A stretch of DNA of 64,000 nt. Origin: Isurus oxyrinchus. Its lineage: Eukaryota. Position numbers and translations under genes: made by a program. The DNA is taken from contig JANJGN010000008.1 in the NCBI GenBank assembly GCA_026770705.1, positions 18,724,001 to 18,788,000 on the forward strand. Direction: 5' to 3'. Under the pieces are notes generated by a model, which saw only the letters and a program-made list of their open reading frames with translations, searched no databases and was not told the DNA's origin. Shown here one piece after another: positions 1-12,252 of this stretch. Position 1 is the stretch's first letter. Each line of letters begins with the position of its first letter.

Positions 1-84
1 AAAGACACAATTCCAAAGCAACAATCTTAACAACATCATAACTGTAACAATGGTTAATCACATGTGCAGGAAAGTGGTCACTGA

Positions 85-2730
85 ACGTTCAGTGCTCAGC
101 AGCGGACTCAGTTTCATACTCTTATGCCTTCACCTGCTTAGGGTCACCAGGCACGATGCTGAGCTCTTCTTCCGCTGCCTTCATCTCCGTGCTCACTTCT
201 TTGGGCAGGAGTCCTCTCCCCGTTCAACAGACACTTTTACCTGCCTTCAATATTCTCCCTCCACCTAGACCCCTCCCCCTGGATTCTTACCTGCTCTCGA
301 TCTTTTCATTGAGAACTGTCAGCGTGACATCAGTCGTCTTAATTTCTCTGCTCCTCTCACCCACTCTAACCTGTCTCTTTCTGAACTTGCCGCACTCCGT
401 TCTCTCAGGTCCAACCCTGACTTTGTCATCAAACCTGCTGACAAGGGTGGTGCTGTTGTTGTCTGGCGTACTGACCTCTACCTCACAGAGGCTGAGTGTT
501 ACCTTGCATACACTTCCTCCTACCTCCCTCTGGACCATGACCCCACCAGTGAACACCAAGCCATTGTTTCCAGGACTGTCACTGACCTCATCTCCTCTGG
601 AGATCTTCCCTCCACAGCTTCCAAACTCATAGTCTCCCAACCTCGGACAGCCCGCTTCTACCTCCTACCCAAAATCCACAAACAGGACTGTCCCAGCAGA
701 CTGATCGTGTCAGCCTGTTCCTGCCCCACGGAACTCATTTCTTGCTATCTTGACTTCATTCTCTCTCTCCTTGTCCAGTCTCTTTCCACCTACATCCATG
801 ATTCCTCTCATGCCCTACATCATATCAACAATTTCCAGTGCCCTGGCCCCAGCCGCCTCCTCTTCACCATGGATGTCCAATCCTTCTTCACCTCCATCCC
901 CCACTGGCATGGTCAGAGGGCTCTCCACTTCTTCCTCAAGCAGAGGCCCGAACAATCCCCATCCACCAATACTCTCCTCCGTCTGGCTGAACTTGTTCTC
1001 TCACTGAACAATTTCTCCTTTAACTCCTCTCACTTCCTCCAAATAAAAGGTGTGGCTATGGGTAGCCGGTTGGGCACCAGTTATGCCTGTATCTTTATGG
1101 GGTATGTGGAACATTCCTTGTTACAGTCATACTCAGACCCCCTCCCACAACTCTTTCTCCAGTACGTTGATGACTGCTTTGGTGCCGCTTCATGCTCTCG
1201 TCTAGACCTGGAAAAATTTATTAATTTTGCTTCCAATTTCCACCCCTCCATCATTTTCACATGGTCCATCACTGACACTTCCCTTCCTTGACCTCTCTGT
1301 CTCAATTTCTGGTGATAGACTGTCCACTAATATTCATATGAAGCCTACCAACTCCCACAGCTACCTCGACTACAGCTCCTCACACCCCAATTCCTGTAAG
1401 GACTCCATCCCAATCTCTCAATTCCTTCGTCTCCATTACATCTGTTCTCATGATGCCACTTTCAAAAACTGCTCCTCTGTCATGTCTTCCTTCTTCCTTA
1501 ACCCAGGTTTTCTACTCATGGTGGTTGACAGGGCCCTCAACCGTGTCCGGCCCATCTCCTGTGCATCCGCCCTCACGCCTTCTTCTCCCTCCTAGAACCA
1601 TGATAGGATCACCCTTGTCCTCACTTATCACCCCACCAGCCTCCACATTCAAAGGGTCATCCTCCGCCTTTTCTGCCAACTCCAACATGCTGCCCCACCA
1701 AACACATCTTCCCTTCATCCCCCCTGCAGCTTTCTGCAGGGATCATTCCCTCCGGGACACCCTGGTATCACTCCTCCATCACCTCCTACAGCTCAACCCC
1801 CTCCCACGGCACCTTCCCATGCAACCGCAGAAGTTGCACTACCTGCCCCTTTACTTCCCCCCTCCTCACTGTCCAAGGGCCCAAACACTCCTTTCAAGTG
1901 AAGCAGTACTTCCCTCAATTTAGTCTACTGCGTTCGCTGCTCCCAATGCAGTCTCCCTTACATTGGAGAGACCAAACACAGACTGGGTGACCGCTTTGTA
2001 GAACACCTTCGGTCTGTCCGCAAGCATGACCCAGACCTCCCTGTTGCTTGCCATTTCAACACACCACTCTGTTCTCATGCCCACATGTCCATCCTTGGCC
2101 TGCTGCAATGTTCCAGTGAAGCTCAATGCAAACTGGAGGAACAGTAACTTCATCTTTTGTCTTGGCACTCAACAGTCTTCTGGCGTTAATATTGAGTTCA
2201 ACAACTTCAGACCATGAACTCTCACCTCCATCCCCACATCCATTCCGATCCCCCTTTTTCTAATAATTTAAAATATGTTTTTCTTTTCCCACCTATTTTT
2301 AAATTTATTTTAATCTATTGTTTTATCTCCACCTTTTAGCCCATTTCGAACTGTTCCCCCCACCCCACCTCCACTCAGGCCATCTGCCACTAGCTTATCC
2401 TGCTTTCTAACCTTAATGTCCCCATTAACACATTCCTTAGATAATATCACCACCGTCAACACCACTTTGTCCTTTTGTCTATGACATCTTTGGCAATCTC
2501 TTCTTTGCCTCTACCTATCACTGGCCCTCAATCCAGCTCTACCTGTCCCACCCCCCTCAACCAGCTAATATTTCACCTCATTTCTCTGTTTCCTTAGCTC
2601 TGATGAAGAGTCATACGGACTCGAAATGTCAACTGTTTCCCTTTCCGCAGATGCTGTCAGACCTGCTGATAGACCAGCTATTTTTGTTTTTGTTTCTGAT
2701 TTCCAGCATCCGCAGCATTTTGCTTTTATC
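85..2730 (+). mobile_element. Penelope-like retroelement (RT plus GIY-YIG endonuclease), decayed, with 3' terminal repeat
   Basis: ORFs 707-1291 and 1227-1595 contain FTMDVQSFFTSIPH, QIKGVAMGSRLG, QYVDD and PFLDLSVSI. Region ~1917-2020 reads NLVYCVRCSQCSLPYIGETKHRLGDRFVEH (GIY-YIG). Stops and frameshifts present. Confidence 0.92.
2600..2634 (+). ncRNA. Minimal type-I hammerhead ribozyme-like motif in the Penelope terminal repeat
   Basis: CTGATGA-A-GAGTC(ATACG)GACTC-GAAA-TGTC: conserved core boxes flanking a 5-bp stem II. Confidence 0.65.
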
Positions 2731-2919
2731 CATTATGTTTAAGGTTGAGTTGACAGAGTTTTAATCTACAAGGGATTCAAGAGTTTTGGGGAAGGACAGT
2801 GGAGTTAAGGCCTTAATCAAATCAGTCATGATCTTCTTGAATGGCAGAATAAGCTTGAGGGGCCAAATGGCCTACTCCTTTTTATCATGTTCCACTCTTT
2901 TTCCTGTTTTGAGCAATTT

Positions 2920-3130
2920 TGGATCTCAGCCTAAATGCCCACGATTCTGCTGATGTCTAAATCCTGAGCTGGAAATGGAGAGGAAGCTCGCCTGTCCTGT
3001 AATTTCACAAGAGACAACGTCAATTACTTTATGTAATGTAATAACTGAAAACAGCAGCTTGTTGGGTATCTCTGCACCAGGAGCTTTGCTGCTTACTCTC
3101 TGGGCCACTTTAACACTCTTTTCCCAAAAG
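2920..3130 (+). pseudogene. Promoter/first exon of the Ig-receptor gene (paralog 1)
   Basis: Homologous to 47310-47516 and 60130-60335. GAGGAAG (Ets core), AACGTCA, hydrophobic frame ITENSSLLGISAPGALLLTLWATLTL, donor AAG|GTAGG at 3130/3131. Downstream intron also aligns (3860-3925 with 47925-47985; 4415-4560 with 47992-48130). Confidence 0.65.
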
Positions 3131-3409
3131 GTAGGTTATCTTACCGCAATCATAATTCTATTTAAATGATTTATCAATATGCCTTTGAATAACAGCAACT
3201 TGCTCCACAATTTTACATCATTTTTGATCTTTGAATTTAGACTGAACAAGGACATCAAGTATTTATTGATAAGGTTTCATCTGCTTTTGCATAAAACTCA
3301 GTGGATTTCTTGCAACACAATGTCTGTCAATTACCATTTTACACTTTTGAAGCTTTCCTGTCTGTTGCTTGATCAATGTAACAGTTTCCTTCTATGTTTT
3401 TGTTATATC

Positions 3410-3830
3410 TAGCTCTAGACTTGACTAAACTAACAGACTCCTGGCTGGTCTTCCACTGTCTTGAGCTCTGTAAGCTTGAGGCCATCGAAAACCTGCTGCT
3501 TGTGTGCTAACATGCAATAATTTCTGTTCACCCATCACCCTTTTGACATACAATCCATTGAGATATCTCCAATCCTTCAATTCTGGCCTCTTGATCATCT
3601 CTGATTTTAATCATTCCATCGCTGGCAGCTCTGAATTCATCTGCCAAGGCTCCAAGCTCTGAAATTCCCTCTATAACCTCTGTAGCTCTCTACCTCTCTT
3701 TTGTAATTGAGGCACTCCTTAACATCAATGAAGCTCTTGGTCATCTGCCCTAATATCTCCTTATGCAATTTGGTGTCATATTTGATGACTTCCCCTGAAT
3801 TGCTTTGAGAGGTTTTAATATTTTCAAGGC
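3410..3830 (+). mobile_element. L2 LINE 3' fragment
   Basis: Degenerate SRLDY.N.LLAGLP-type ORF2 C-terminus and L2-like 3' end. Absent from the paralogous introns. Confidence 0.7.
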
Positions 3831-3949
3831 ACTAGGTACAGAAGGACACATTGTGGTAACAACTCAATTTGGTGTTTCTGGTTTTCCAAGTGACCCTTTG
3901 GTTCCGTTTGAGGTTTTCATTGTCGAAAAAAAACATGTTCTATTTATTT

Positions 3950-4167
3950 AACTGAAAATGCTGGAAAAACTCAGCAGGTCTGACAGCATCTGTGGAGAGA
4001 GAAACAGAGTTAACGTTTTAAGTCCATATGCCTCTTCTTCGGAGCCTTACGGACTCGAAACGCTAACTCTGTTTCTCTCTCCATAGTTGCTGTCAGACCT
4101 GCTGAGTTTTTCCAGCATTTTCTGTTTTTATTTCAGATTTCCAGCATCCTCAGTATTTTGGCTTTTA
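3950..4167. mobile_element. Two head-to-head Penelope terminal-repeat fragments forming an inverted repeat
   Basis: GAAAATGCTGGAAAAACTCAGCAGGTCTGACAGCA ... TGCTGTCAGACCTGCTGAGTTTTTCCAGCATTTTC; homologous to 2600-2730. Confidence 0.8.
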
Positions 4168-4239
4168 TTCTATTTATTTCATGCCTTCTAAAATAATAAT
4201 AAATTGCAAGATGCTTTCTGGAATGTTATGAAGCGAAGT

Positions 4240-4412
4240 TTGTTTCCAAGCCACTAAAGGAGCTATCAGAGCAGATGACCAAATCCTGATCGAAGAGATG
4301 GACTTAAAGGAGTAACTTAAATGAGGAAATAGGGAAAGAAATAGAAAGGCAAAGAGATTTAAGGAGGGAATTCCAGACCTTCGGACATCATCGGCTGAAG
4401 GCCTGGCCACCA
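4240..4412 (-). mobile_element. L2-like 3' fragment
   Basis: Similar to the L2 3' end at 18640-18800. Confidence 0.5.
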
Positions 4413-4659
4413 AGGTTCTGCTGGCTATTCAATTCTTTGACTGAGCTGTGAGGCTCAATTTAGTTGAACATATCTCCCAGAGAAATAAGAGCTGCAAAAG
4501 TCACAAAATAAAATATAAGCAAAAAAATTGAACTATTATGGATGAACTTAATTGGCAGATCATAATGTGCGCTTGAATACTGTCCTGACTTTGCATTCAG
4601 CACTTCCTGTACTTGAAAGCTCCTTTCAGTAATGGTGACCATGAAACTGTCATTTTTTT

Positions 4660-5060
4660 AGTTGTAAAAATCCATCTGGTTATTTTATGCCCTTTTGAGA
4701 AGGAAATCTGCCATCCTCACCTGGTCTGGCCTACAGTGACACTAAGAGAGGCATCATCAAACATTAAGATGCACTGCAGCAACTCAGCAAGACTCCTTAG
4801 ACAGCACCTTCCAAACATACGGCCGCGGGCACCTAGAAGGACATGGGCAGCAGATACATGGGAACACAAATATAGCCGTTCTTTCACTGTTGCTGGATCA
4901 AAATCCTAGAGCTCTCTCCCTAACAGTACTGTGGGTGTACATTCATCACATGGGCAACAGCAGTACAAGAAGGTAGTTCACCATGGCCTTCTCAACGGCA
5001 ATTAGGGATGGGCAATAAGTGCTGGCCTTGCCATCGATACCCACGACCTATGAATGAGTA
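4660..5060 (+). mobile_element. HE1-like SINE core joined to a HER1/CR1 LINE 3' end
   Basis: GAAGGAAATCTGCCATCCTCACCTGGTCTGGCCTACA core; tail CAATTAGGGATGGGCAATAAGTGCTGGCC...ATGAATGA. Confidence 0.7.
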
Positions 5061-5222
5061 TATTTTGGAAATACTCAGCCAATCTGGCAGATGTGGAAAA
5101 GAAACAGGTAACATTTCAAATCCATGAACAAGAAAATGAGAGAGATTTAACTGGTATTAAACAAGTACAGTGGCAGGTGTTACAAATATGGCATTTTTAA
5201 GATTGTTATGTTTTGGGATTAT

Positions 5223-6604
5223 GGGCAGAATTGTCCCAGATTTGCACTAATTATGGGGATAAAGGATGTGTTACCTCCCGGCTGCAATGGCGGTTTTTCA
5301 CGCCGCATTGTCTGCTTCCTGCCTCATTAATTATACAGCCACAGGAAACATGCCGTCTCGCTGGCGGGCAGCCTCTGAATCGCCCTCTAAGCCATTACCT
5401 CACCATTTCCCCCACTTCAAGTGCCATATCTAAACTGCAGCTGCACACACAGTTCTCAATGCTTGCAGCCCAGGACTGCCCCAGTAAAGCTGTGAAGATC
5501 AAGAAGAGTTTGGTGACCCATCACTGGAATGCCTTTTGAAGGCCCACCGTGATGTCCTCCACCTCCACTTTGGCCAAAGGAGGTCCATCAATCTCACCAC
5601 TCCAGCTTGGGAGGTGTTGACAGTGGTGGTCAGTGCCAATGCTGCACAGAAGAGGTTGGCCATCCAATGCAGAAAGAGGATGAATAATCTCATCTGTGCC
5701 GCCAGAGTATGGCAACCATCTCATCACTCTAAACTCAGGCACTCACAAGGCCATCATACATTCACTAGCATCTTACTCACTGCCAGTTCAAGGGACATCA
5801 CAACTCACTCTCTCACACACACCCCCACATCTCCATCTGGCCTCATCTCCTCTGGAGGCTGCCTCTTCAGGCCTCAACATCTTGAGGCCACTTGCATGGA
5901 TCAACATGTGCCCCCACAACACACCCTGGGAAACCTACTTACCCCAGTCCAGCTCTCATCCTGCAGCATCTTCGCTTACCCGAGGCCTCCTCTCCCGCTT
6001 CCCCAAACAAGCCCCAGTCATGCAGCCTGCAGTTTATTTTTATTTGTACATGGGATGTGGGCAACACTGGCCGGGCCAGCATTTATTACCCATCCCTAGC
6101 TACCCTTGTTCAGAGGGCATTTAAAAGTCAACCGCATTGTTGTGGGTCTGGAGTCACATGTAGGCCAGACCAGGTAAGGATGGCAGATTTCCTTCCCTAA
6201 AGGACGTTGAAAAGTCACTCCCGTAAAGACCTGTCTGTGAAACCTCCTAAAAATGATGTGGTGCATCCTGGGAACCCTGGCGCTGATGACCGTGAGTGCT
6301 GCCTGAAGCGCGGTAGGCAACCAAACTTCAAAGTCCCGAGTGAAACAAGTCAGCGTGTAATCACGTCGACATGCCCAGATGATCCAGCATGGGGGATGAT
6401 TCCGGCTGGCAGGGATTATAATTACATCCAGATGTATTAAAATAACATCCCTGATGTCTGGCAGTGCGAAACACAGTCTGCCATTGACAGCTGATCGCAA
6501 ATTGGTTTCACGACGTTATGAAGCTGATTTTTGACCTTCCTGCCATATTGTTTACTCACGTCTGCCATGATGCACGACGCCAACGTGGACAGGAAATTCC
6601 AGAC
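5223..6604 (+). mobile_element. PIF/Harbinger-type DNA transposon remnant with a Myb/SANT fragment
   Basis: Degenerate TIRs GGGCAGAATTGTCC / GGAAATTCCAGAC and a 3-bp TAT duplication (5220-22, 6605-07). ORF 5536 reads PAWEVLTVVVSANAAQKRLAIQCRKRMNNL (Myb/SANT-like). Confidence 0.75.
6035..6210 (-). mobile_element. HE1-like SINE (5'-truncated) nested in the Harbinger remnant
   Basis: HER1-type tail plus the GTAGGCCAGACCAGGTAAGGATGGCAGATTTCCTTCC core. Confidence 0.75.
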
Positions 6605-7813
6605 TATGTCTTGAATTTTGGGTAAAATGAAGGAGGGTCATGTGACCTGGTCTGAATTCTGCTGCCAACAGTCTTGGACAGTGTGGCCGTTAAAGATTAA
6701 TGAGGGAAGATGATGTAAAATGTTCAGAGTTGTAGATAATGACAGAAGCACCTGTGCCTACAGTGAATAGTCTCCAAAGTTCCAGGAAGGCGTTAAGAAT
6801 GTCAGGTTTTATAAGAGGTTATGCTTTAACTGTCTATTTAATTTCAAGATAGAATGGGGTTGGGTTCTAAGCATGGCTAATTAGTATTTCTGGCCAGATA
6901 CAAAGATCCACGTTGCCATGGAGATGGGCTTTGAGAGGGGAAGGGCTCATTGGAAGGAATTATGGGATTGGATTAAAAGATTCTCCTAAAAGATGTCCCT
7001 GAATTTCACAGAAATATCAGTCTATGGGGTCCAAGAGAGAGAGAGAAGGAGCAGATAGGGGCACAAGTCCCCTATGGTTCACTCTGCAGGAATGTGGGTG
7101 GGAGCTTGCACTCAAATTGAAAAGCTCAAATTCATGAGGATTTAAAAATGAGGCTGGAAGATTCACCTTGTTCAAGCTAAAGGGAGAATTTCCAGGAAAG
7201 TTCTGACCAAGAAAGATGGTTCTGGGGCTAAAAGTTACTGGGCTGGGAAAAGGAAAGAATGAAAGTAAAACCTCTAGGGCCAAGAATCACTTTGGACTGT
7301 CTGGCAGAATTCAAATTCCTATTAAGGAACAGTGGACAGTATAACCATGGAGTGGGAATTTCAGTTATGTTAAAAGTAAAAAGGAAAGCTAAAAGTAAAA
7401 AGTCCTGTTTAGATCATAAGCTGCCTACTGAAATAATGGTTAGTCATTGGTACTCATAGTTCGTTTGTTACAGTAAAAGCCTTAAAAGTTGAAATTTGTT
7501 AGGTCATCCTGTCAGCTATTGACTGAAAGCTCAAATTTGTTTTTAAAAGTTATCGCCTTCTATAGAGATTGTAAAACAGGAAAGGAGGGATAGGGGAAAA
7601 GAACATAACATAAATTCTGTGATAGGGTGAAAAGCAGGAGAGAGTAAATGAAAACAAGGGTGATGATGGAATACAAAAGGATATGGAAATGGAACAAGTA
7701 AAGAAAGATAGATGGGTCAAGATGAATTGTAAATGGGAATAGCAAAATTAGCACCAACAGCCATCAATGGAGCAGCAGTGACTATGCGAATGCTACTTGC
7801 TGTTAATCCATAG

Positions 7814-7910
7814 ACTTGTATAAAATTCACCAGTTTGTACAACTATGTATAAGTGAACATTATGGTGAAGTATTTTGCAACAGTAATATTGTCCATTCTT
7901 CCTATAGTAG
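7814..7910 (+). CDS. Candidate leader (signal peptide) exon of the Ig receptor
   Basis: Acceptor CCATAG|; strong Kozak AACATTATGG (ATG at 7862); 49 coding nt MVKYFATVILSILPIV+G; phase-1 donor G|GTAAAT joins in frame to D1 (G-NANYVYF). Confidence 0.5.
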
Positions 7911-8117
7911 GTAAATTACATATATTTTCTTTTTCCACTTAAATTATTTTAATTTTAAATTCTTTGTGGGTCATGGATACAGGTTGGGTTCAAGATGCAT
8001 CACATATCACTGCGAATAGATTAATTGCATAGTTTAAAATTTTATGAAATGACTTCTGCTACAATCATCACAGGAAGTGGTGGAGTACTTTACTGAAAAT
8101 GTTTATTGTAAATTTTA

Positions 8118-11100
8118 AAGTTCCCAGTTCCCATGTGTCTGCTGCCCTTGTCCTTCTAATTGGTAATGGTCATGGGTTTGGAAGGTACTGTCAAAGGAGC
8201 CTTGGTGAATTCCTGCATCTTGTAGATGGTACACACTGCTGCAACTATGCATCAGTGGTGCAGGGAGTAAATGTTTGTGGATGGGGTGCCAATCGAGCGG
8301 GCTGCTTTTTCCTGATTGGGTCAAGCTTCTTGAGTGTTGTGGGAGCTGCATTCATCCAGGCAAGTGGTGAGTTTTTCATCACACTCCTTAGGTTGTGCCT
8401 TGTAGATGGTGGACAGGCCTCTGGGGAGTTAGGAGGTGAGTTACTTGTCACAGGATTCCTAGCCCCCAGCCTACTCTTGTAGCCACAGTATTTATATAAC
8501 TAGTCCAGTTCAGTTTCTGGCCAATGGTAAGACCCAGGGTGTTGATCGTTTGGGTAAAGTCAATGAACATTAGGGGGCAAAGGTTGGATTCTCTCTTGTT
8601 GGAGATGGTCATTACCTGACACTTGTGTGGTGTGAATGTTACTTGCCATTTGTCAGCCCAAGCCTGGATATTGTCCAGGTCTTGTTGAATTTGGACATGG
8701 ACTGCTCCAGTATCTGAGGATTCATGAAAGGTGTTGAACATTGTGCAAATATCAGTGAACATCCCCACAGGTCACTATCCTGAGGAACATCTGCAGTGAT
8801 GCCCCGGAGCTGAGATGACTGACTTCCAACAGCCTCCAACAATGACAACCACCTTCCTTTGTGCCAGGTATGAATCCAGCCAGCGGCCAGTTTCCCCTCT
8901 GATTCCCATTGACTCCAATTTTGCTAGGGCTCCTTGATGCCACGTCAAATGCGGCTTTGATATCAAGGAAAGTCACTCTCACCTCATCTCAGGAGTTCAG
9001 CTCTTTTGTCCATGTTTGAACCAAAGCTGTAATGAGGTCAGGAGCTGAGTGGCCCTGGCGGAACCCAAACTGAGCGTCAATGAACTGGTTATTGCGAAGG
9101 AAGCCTTGGAGGAGTAAAGAAAGTGTAGCAGAGGTGGGAGATTCTTCGAAAAGTAATTAAGGGAATGAAGGTCTGGCATGAAAAAACACTGGTGGGCAAG
9201 ATGAAGGAAAATCCCAGAGCACTTTATAAATGTATTAAGAACAAGAAGTTAACTGGGGAAAGAGTCGGGCCCATTAGGGACCTAAGTGGCAATCTGTGTG
9301 TGGAGCCAGAGGAGGTGGTGAAGTTTTGAATTATTACTTTTCATCTGTGTTCACTATGGAGAAGGATGATGTTGGTGTAGAAATCAGGAAGGGGGACTGT
9401 GATATACTTAAATTAGCATTGAAAGGGAGGAGGTATTAACAATTTTAGCAGGCTTAAAAGTGGATAAATTCACAGGCCCAGATTAGATGTATCCCAGAGT
9501 CGTATGTAAGGCAAGGGAGTGGATTTCAGGGGCTCCGACACTAATTTTCAAATCCTCTCTGGCCACAGGAGAGGTGCCAGAGGACTGGAGGACAGTGAAT
9601 GTGCTACCATTACTCAAGAAGGGTAGTCAGGATAAACCAGGTAATTACAGGCCAGTGAGTCTAACAACAGTGGTAGGGAAATATGGAAAAAGTTCTGAGG
9701 GACTGGAGTAATTTCCACTCAGAGCGACAGGGATTAATCCGGGATAGTCAGCATGGCTTTGTCAGGGGGGAGTTCATTTCTAACAAATTTGATTGAATTT
9801 TTCGAGGAGGTGACTAGTTGTGTAGATGAGGGTAATGCAGCTATTGTATTCTACATGGACTTCAGTAAGGCTTTTGAAAAGGTCCCGCATGGGAGAATGG
9901 TCAAGAAGGTAGGAGCCTGTGGGATCCAGGGCAATTTGGCAAATTGGATCCAAAATTAGTTTAGTGGCAGGAGGCAGAGGGTGATGGTCAAAGGTTTATT
10001 TTTGTGATTGGAAGCCTGTTACGAGTGGTTTACTACAGGGATTAGTGCTGGGACCCTTGCTGTTTGTAGTTAATGTTAATGATTTAGATGTGAATAGAGA
10101 AAGCATGGTCAGTAAATTCGCAGATGAAGCGAAAATTGGTGGTGTGGTAAATAGGAAGGAGGAAAGCCTTAGATGACAGGACGATATGGATGGGCTGGTA
10201 AGATGGGCTGAGCAATGGCAAATGGAATTTAATCCTGAGAAATGTGAGGTGATGCATTTTGAGAGGACTAACATGGCAAGGGAATACACAATGAATGCTA
10301 GGATCCTGTGAAGCACAGAGGAGCAGAGGGACCTTGGTAGACATAATCCCTGAAGGTAACAGCACAGGTAGATAAGATGGTTAAGAAAGCATATGGGATA
10401 CTTGCCTTTATTAGCCGAGGCATAAAATATAAGAGCTGAAGTTATGTTGGAGCTGCATAAAATCCTAGTTAGGCCACAGCTGGAGTACTGTGTGCAGTTC
10501 AGATCACCACATTATAGAAAGTGTGTGATTGCACTGGAGAGTGTGCAGAGGAGATTCACCAGGATGTTGCCTGCGACAGAGAGTTTCAGCTATGAAGAGA
10601 GACAGGATAGGCTAGGGTTGTTACCCTTAGAGCAGAGAAGGCAGAGACAGGACCTGTTAGAGGTATACATAATTATGAGGAGTATAAATAAGGTAGATAG
10701 AAATAAATTTTTCCCCTTAGTGGAGGTGTCAATAATCAGGGAGCATATGTTTAAGGTAAGGGGCAGAAGGTTTAGAGGGGATCTTTTTCACCCAGAGGGT
10801 GGTTGGAATCTGGAACACACTGCAGAGGCAAGAACCCTCACAACATTTAAGAAGTATTTAGATGAACACTTGAAATGCCAGAGCAAACAGGATTACGGGC
10901 CAAGTGCTGGGAAATGGGATCAGAATAGATAGGTGCTTGATGGCTGGCACGGACACGATGGGCTGAAGGGCCTGTTTCTGAGCTGTATAACTCTATGTCT
11001 CCATGACTCAAGTGCCACTTGATAGCACTGTTGATGACCCCTTCCATTACTTTACTGATGAACAAGAGTAGACTGACGGGGTGGTAATTGGTTGGGTTCG

Positions 11101-11780
11101 ATTTGTCCTGCTTTTTGTGTACAGGACGTACTTGGACAATTTTCCACATAGCCAGGTAGATGCAAATGTTGTAGCTGCACTGGAACAGATTGGCTAGGGG
11201 TTTGGAAAATTCTGGAGCACATGTCTTCAGTACTATTGCCAGAATATTGCTCGTAGCATTTGCAGTATCCAGTGCCTTCAGCCGTTTCTTGATATCACGT
11301 GGAGTGAATCGATTTGGCTGAAGACTAGCATCTGTGATGCTGGGGACCTTCGGAGGAGGCCGAGGGGGATCATCCACTTAAGCTCTCCTTGCTAATGATT
11401 GTAGCAAATGCTTCAGCCTTATCTTTTGCACTGATGTGCTGGGCTCCCCCATCATTGAGAATGGGAATATTTGTGGAGCCTCCTCCTCCAGTGAGCTGTT
11501 CAATTGTCCGCCACCATTCACAACTGGATGTGGCAGGACTGCAGAGCTTATACCTGATCTGTTAGTTGTGGGATCGCTTAGCTCTGTTTATCACTTGCTG
11601 CTTATGCTGATTGGCATGCAAATCATCCTGCATTGTAGCTTCACCAGGTTGACGCCTCATTTTTAGGTATGCCTGTTGCTGCTCCTGACATGCCCTCCTG
11701 CATTCTTCATTGAACCAGGATTGATCCCCTGACTTTCTGGTAATGGTAGAGTGGGGAATATGCAGGGCCATGAGGTTACT
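8118..11780 (-). mobile_element. HER1/CR1 LINE ORF2 fragment split by a nested CR1 (pieces ~8118-9099 and ~11008-11780)
   Basis: RT motifs LDIKAAFD, MFTDIC and NYHPVSLL..ISKVMEGVIN. The sequence resumes across the insertion, as shown by the uninterrupted copy at ~30745-30785. Confidence 0.85.
9100..11008 (+). mobile_element. CR1 LINE, 5'-truncated
   Basis: GNYRPVSLT, YMDFSKAFEKVPH and LVRPQLEYCVQF motifs; CTCTATG-type 3' tail. Confidence 0.92.
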
Positions 11781-12252
11781 GCCGGCGTCAATGGAGTTTT
11801 GAACAGTTTGCCACATTTTTCAGTCTCACCCCTGTCAGGATGAGGCCATTAAATTCCTACCCCCCACCCACTGTTACAGGATAAAGGGAGTGTAGACCCA
11901 ACCCATCTGTATCCTGCACCAATTTCTCTCCCACCACCCAACCTATTCATACTGATAATCCTCCTCACAAGGTGATTGGGAGACTTTATTTTCAGTAACA
12001 TGGAATTAACCATGTTCTCACTTCTTATTTTGACTATTTAGTTTGTAGTAATGATACATATTCAGATAACCCTCCTAACAGATGCACTGAATGTATAATG
12101 GAATTGTTCTGTTTTCCTCAGCAATAGTGAGTGAAATGACAGCAACATGATCAGCTGAATATAAAAACATGACTGTAATAAAACAGCAATATTAATCATT
12201 GCAAGCACTGGATGAAGGAACTGTGGTTTGTCATTATTCCTCTTTCTAACAG

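Noticed and set aside
2975-3169. ORF MERKLACP... as the true N-terminus
   Set aside because: Its ATG lies in the promoter-motif region, is not conserved in paralogs 2/3, and gives a phase-0 donor incompatible with D1.
6605-7560. LTR-like stretches (also ~16940-17740 and ~54150-55200)
   Set aside because: Composition suggests old solo LTRs, but termini and TSDs could not be defined.
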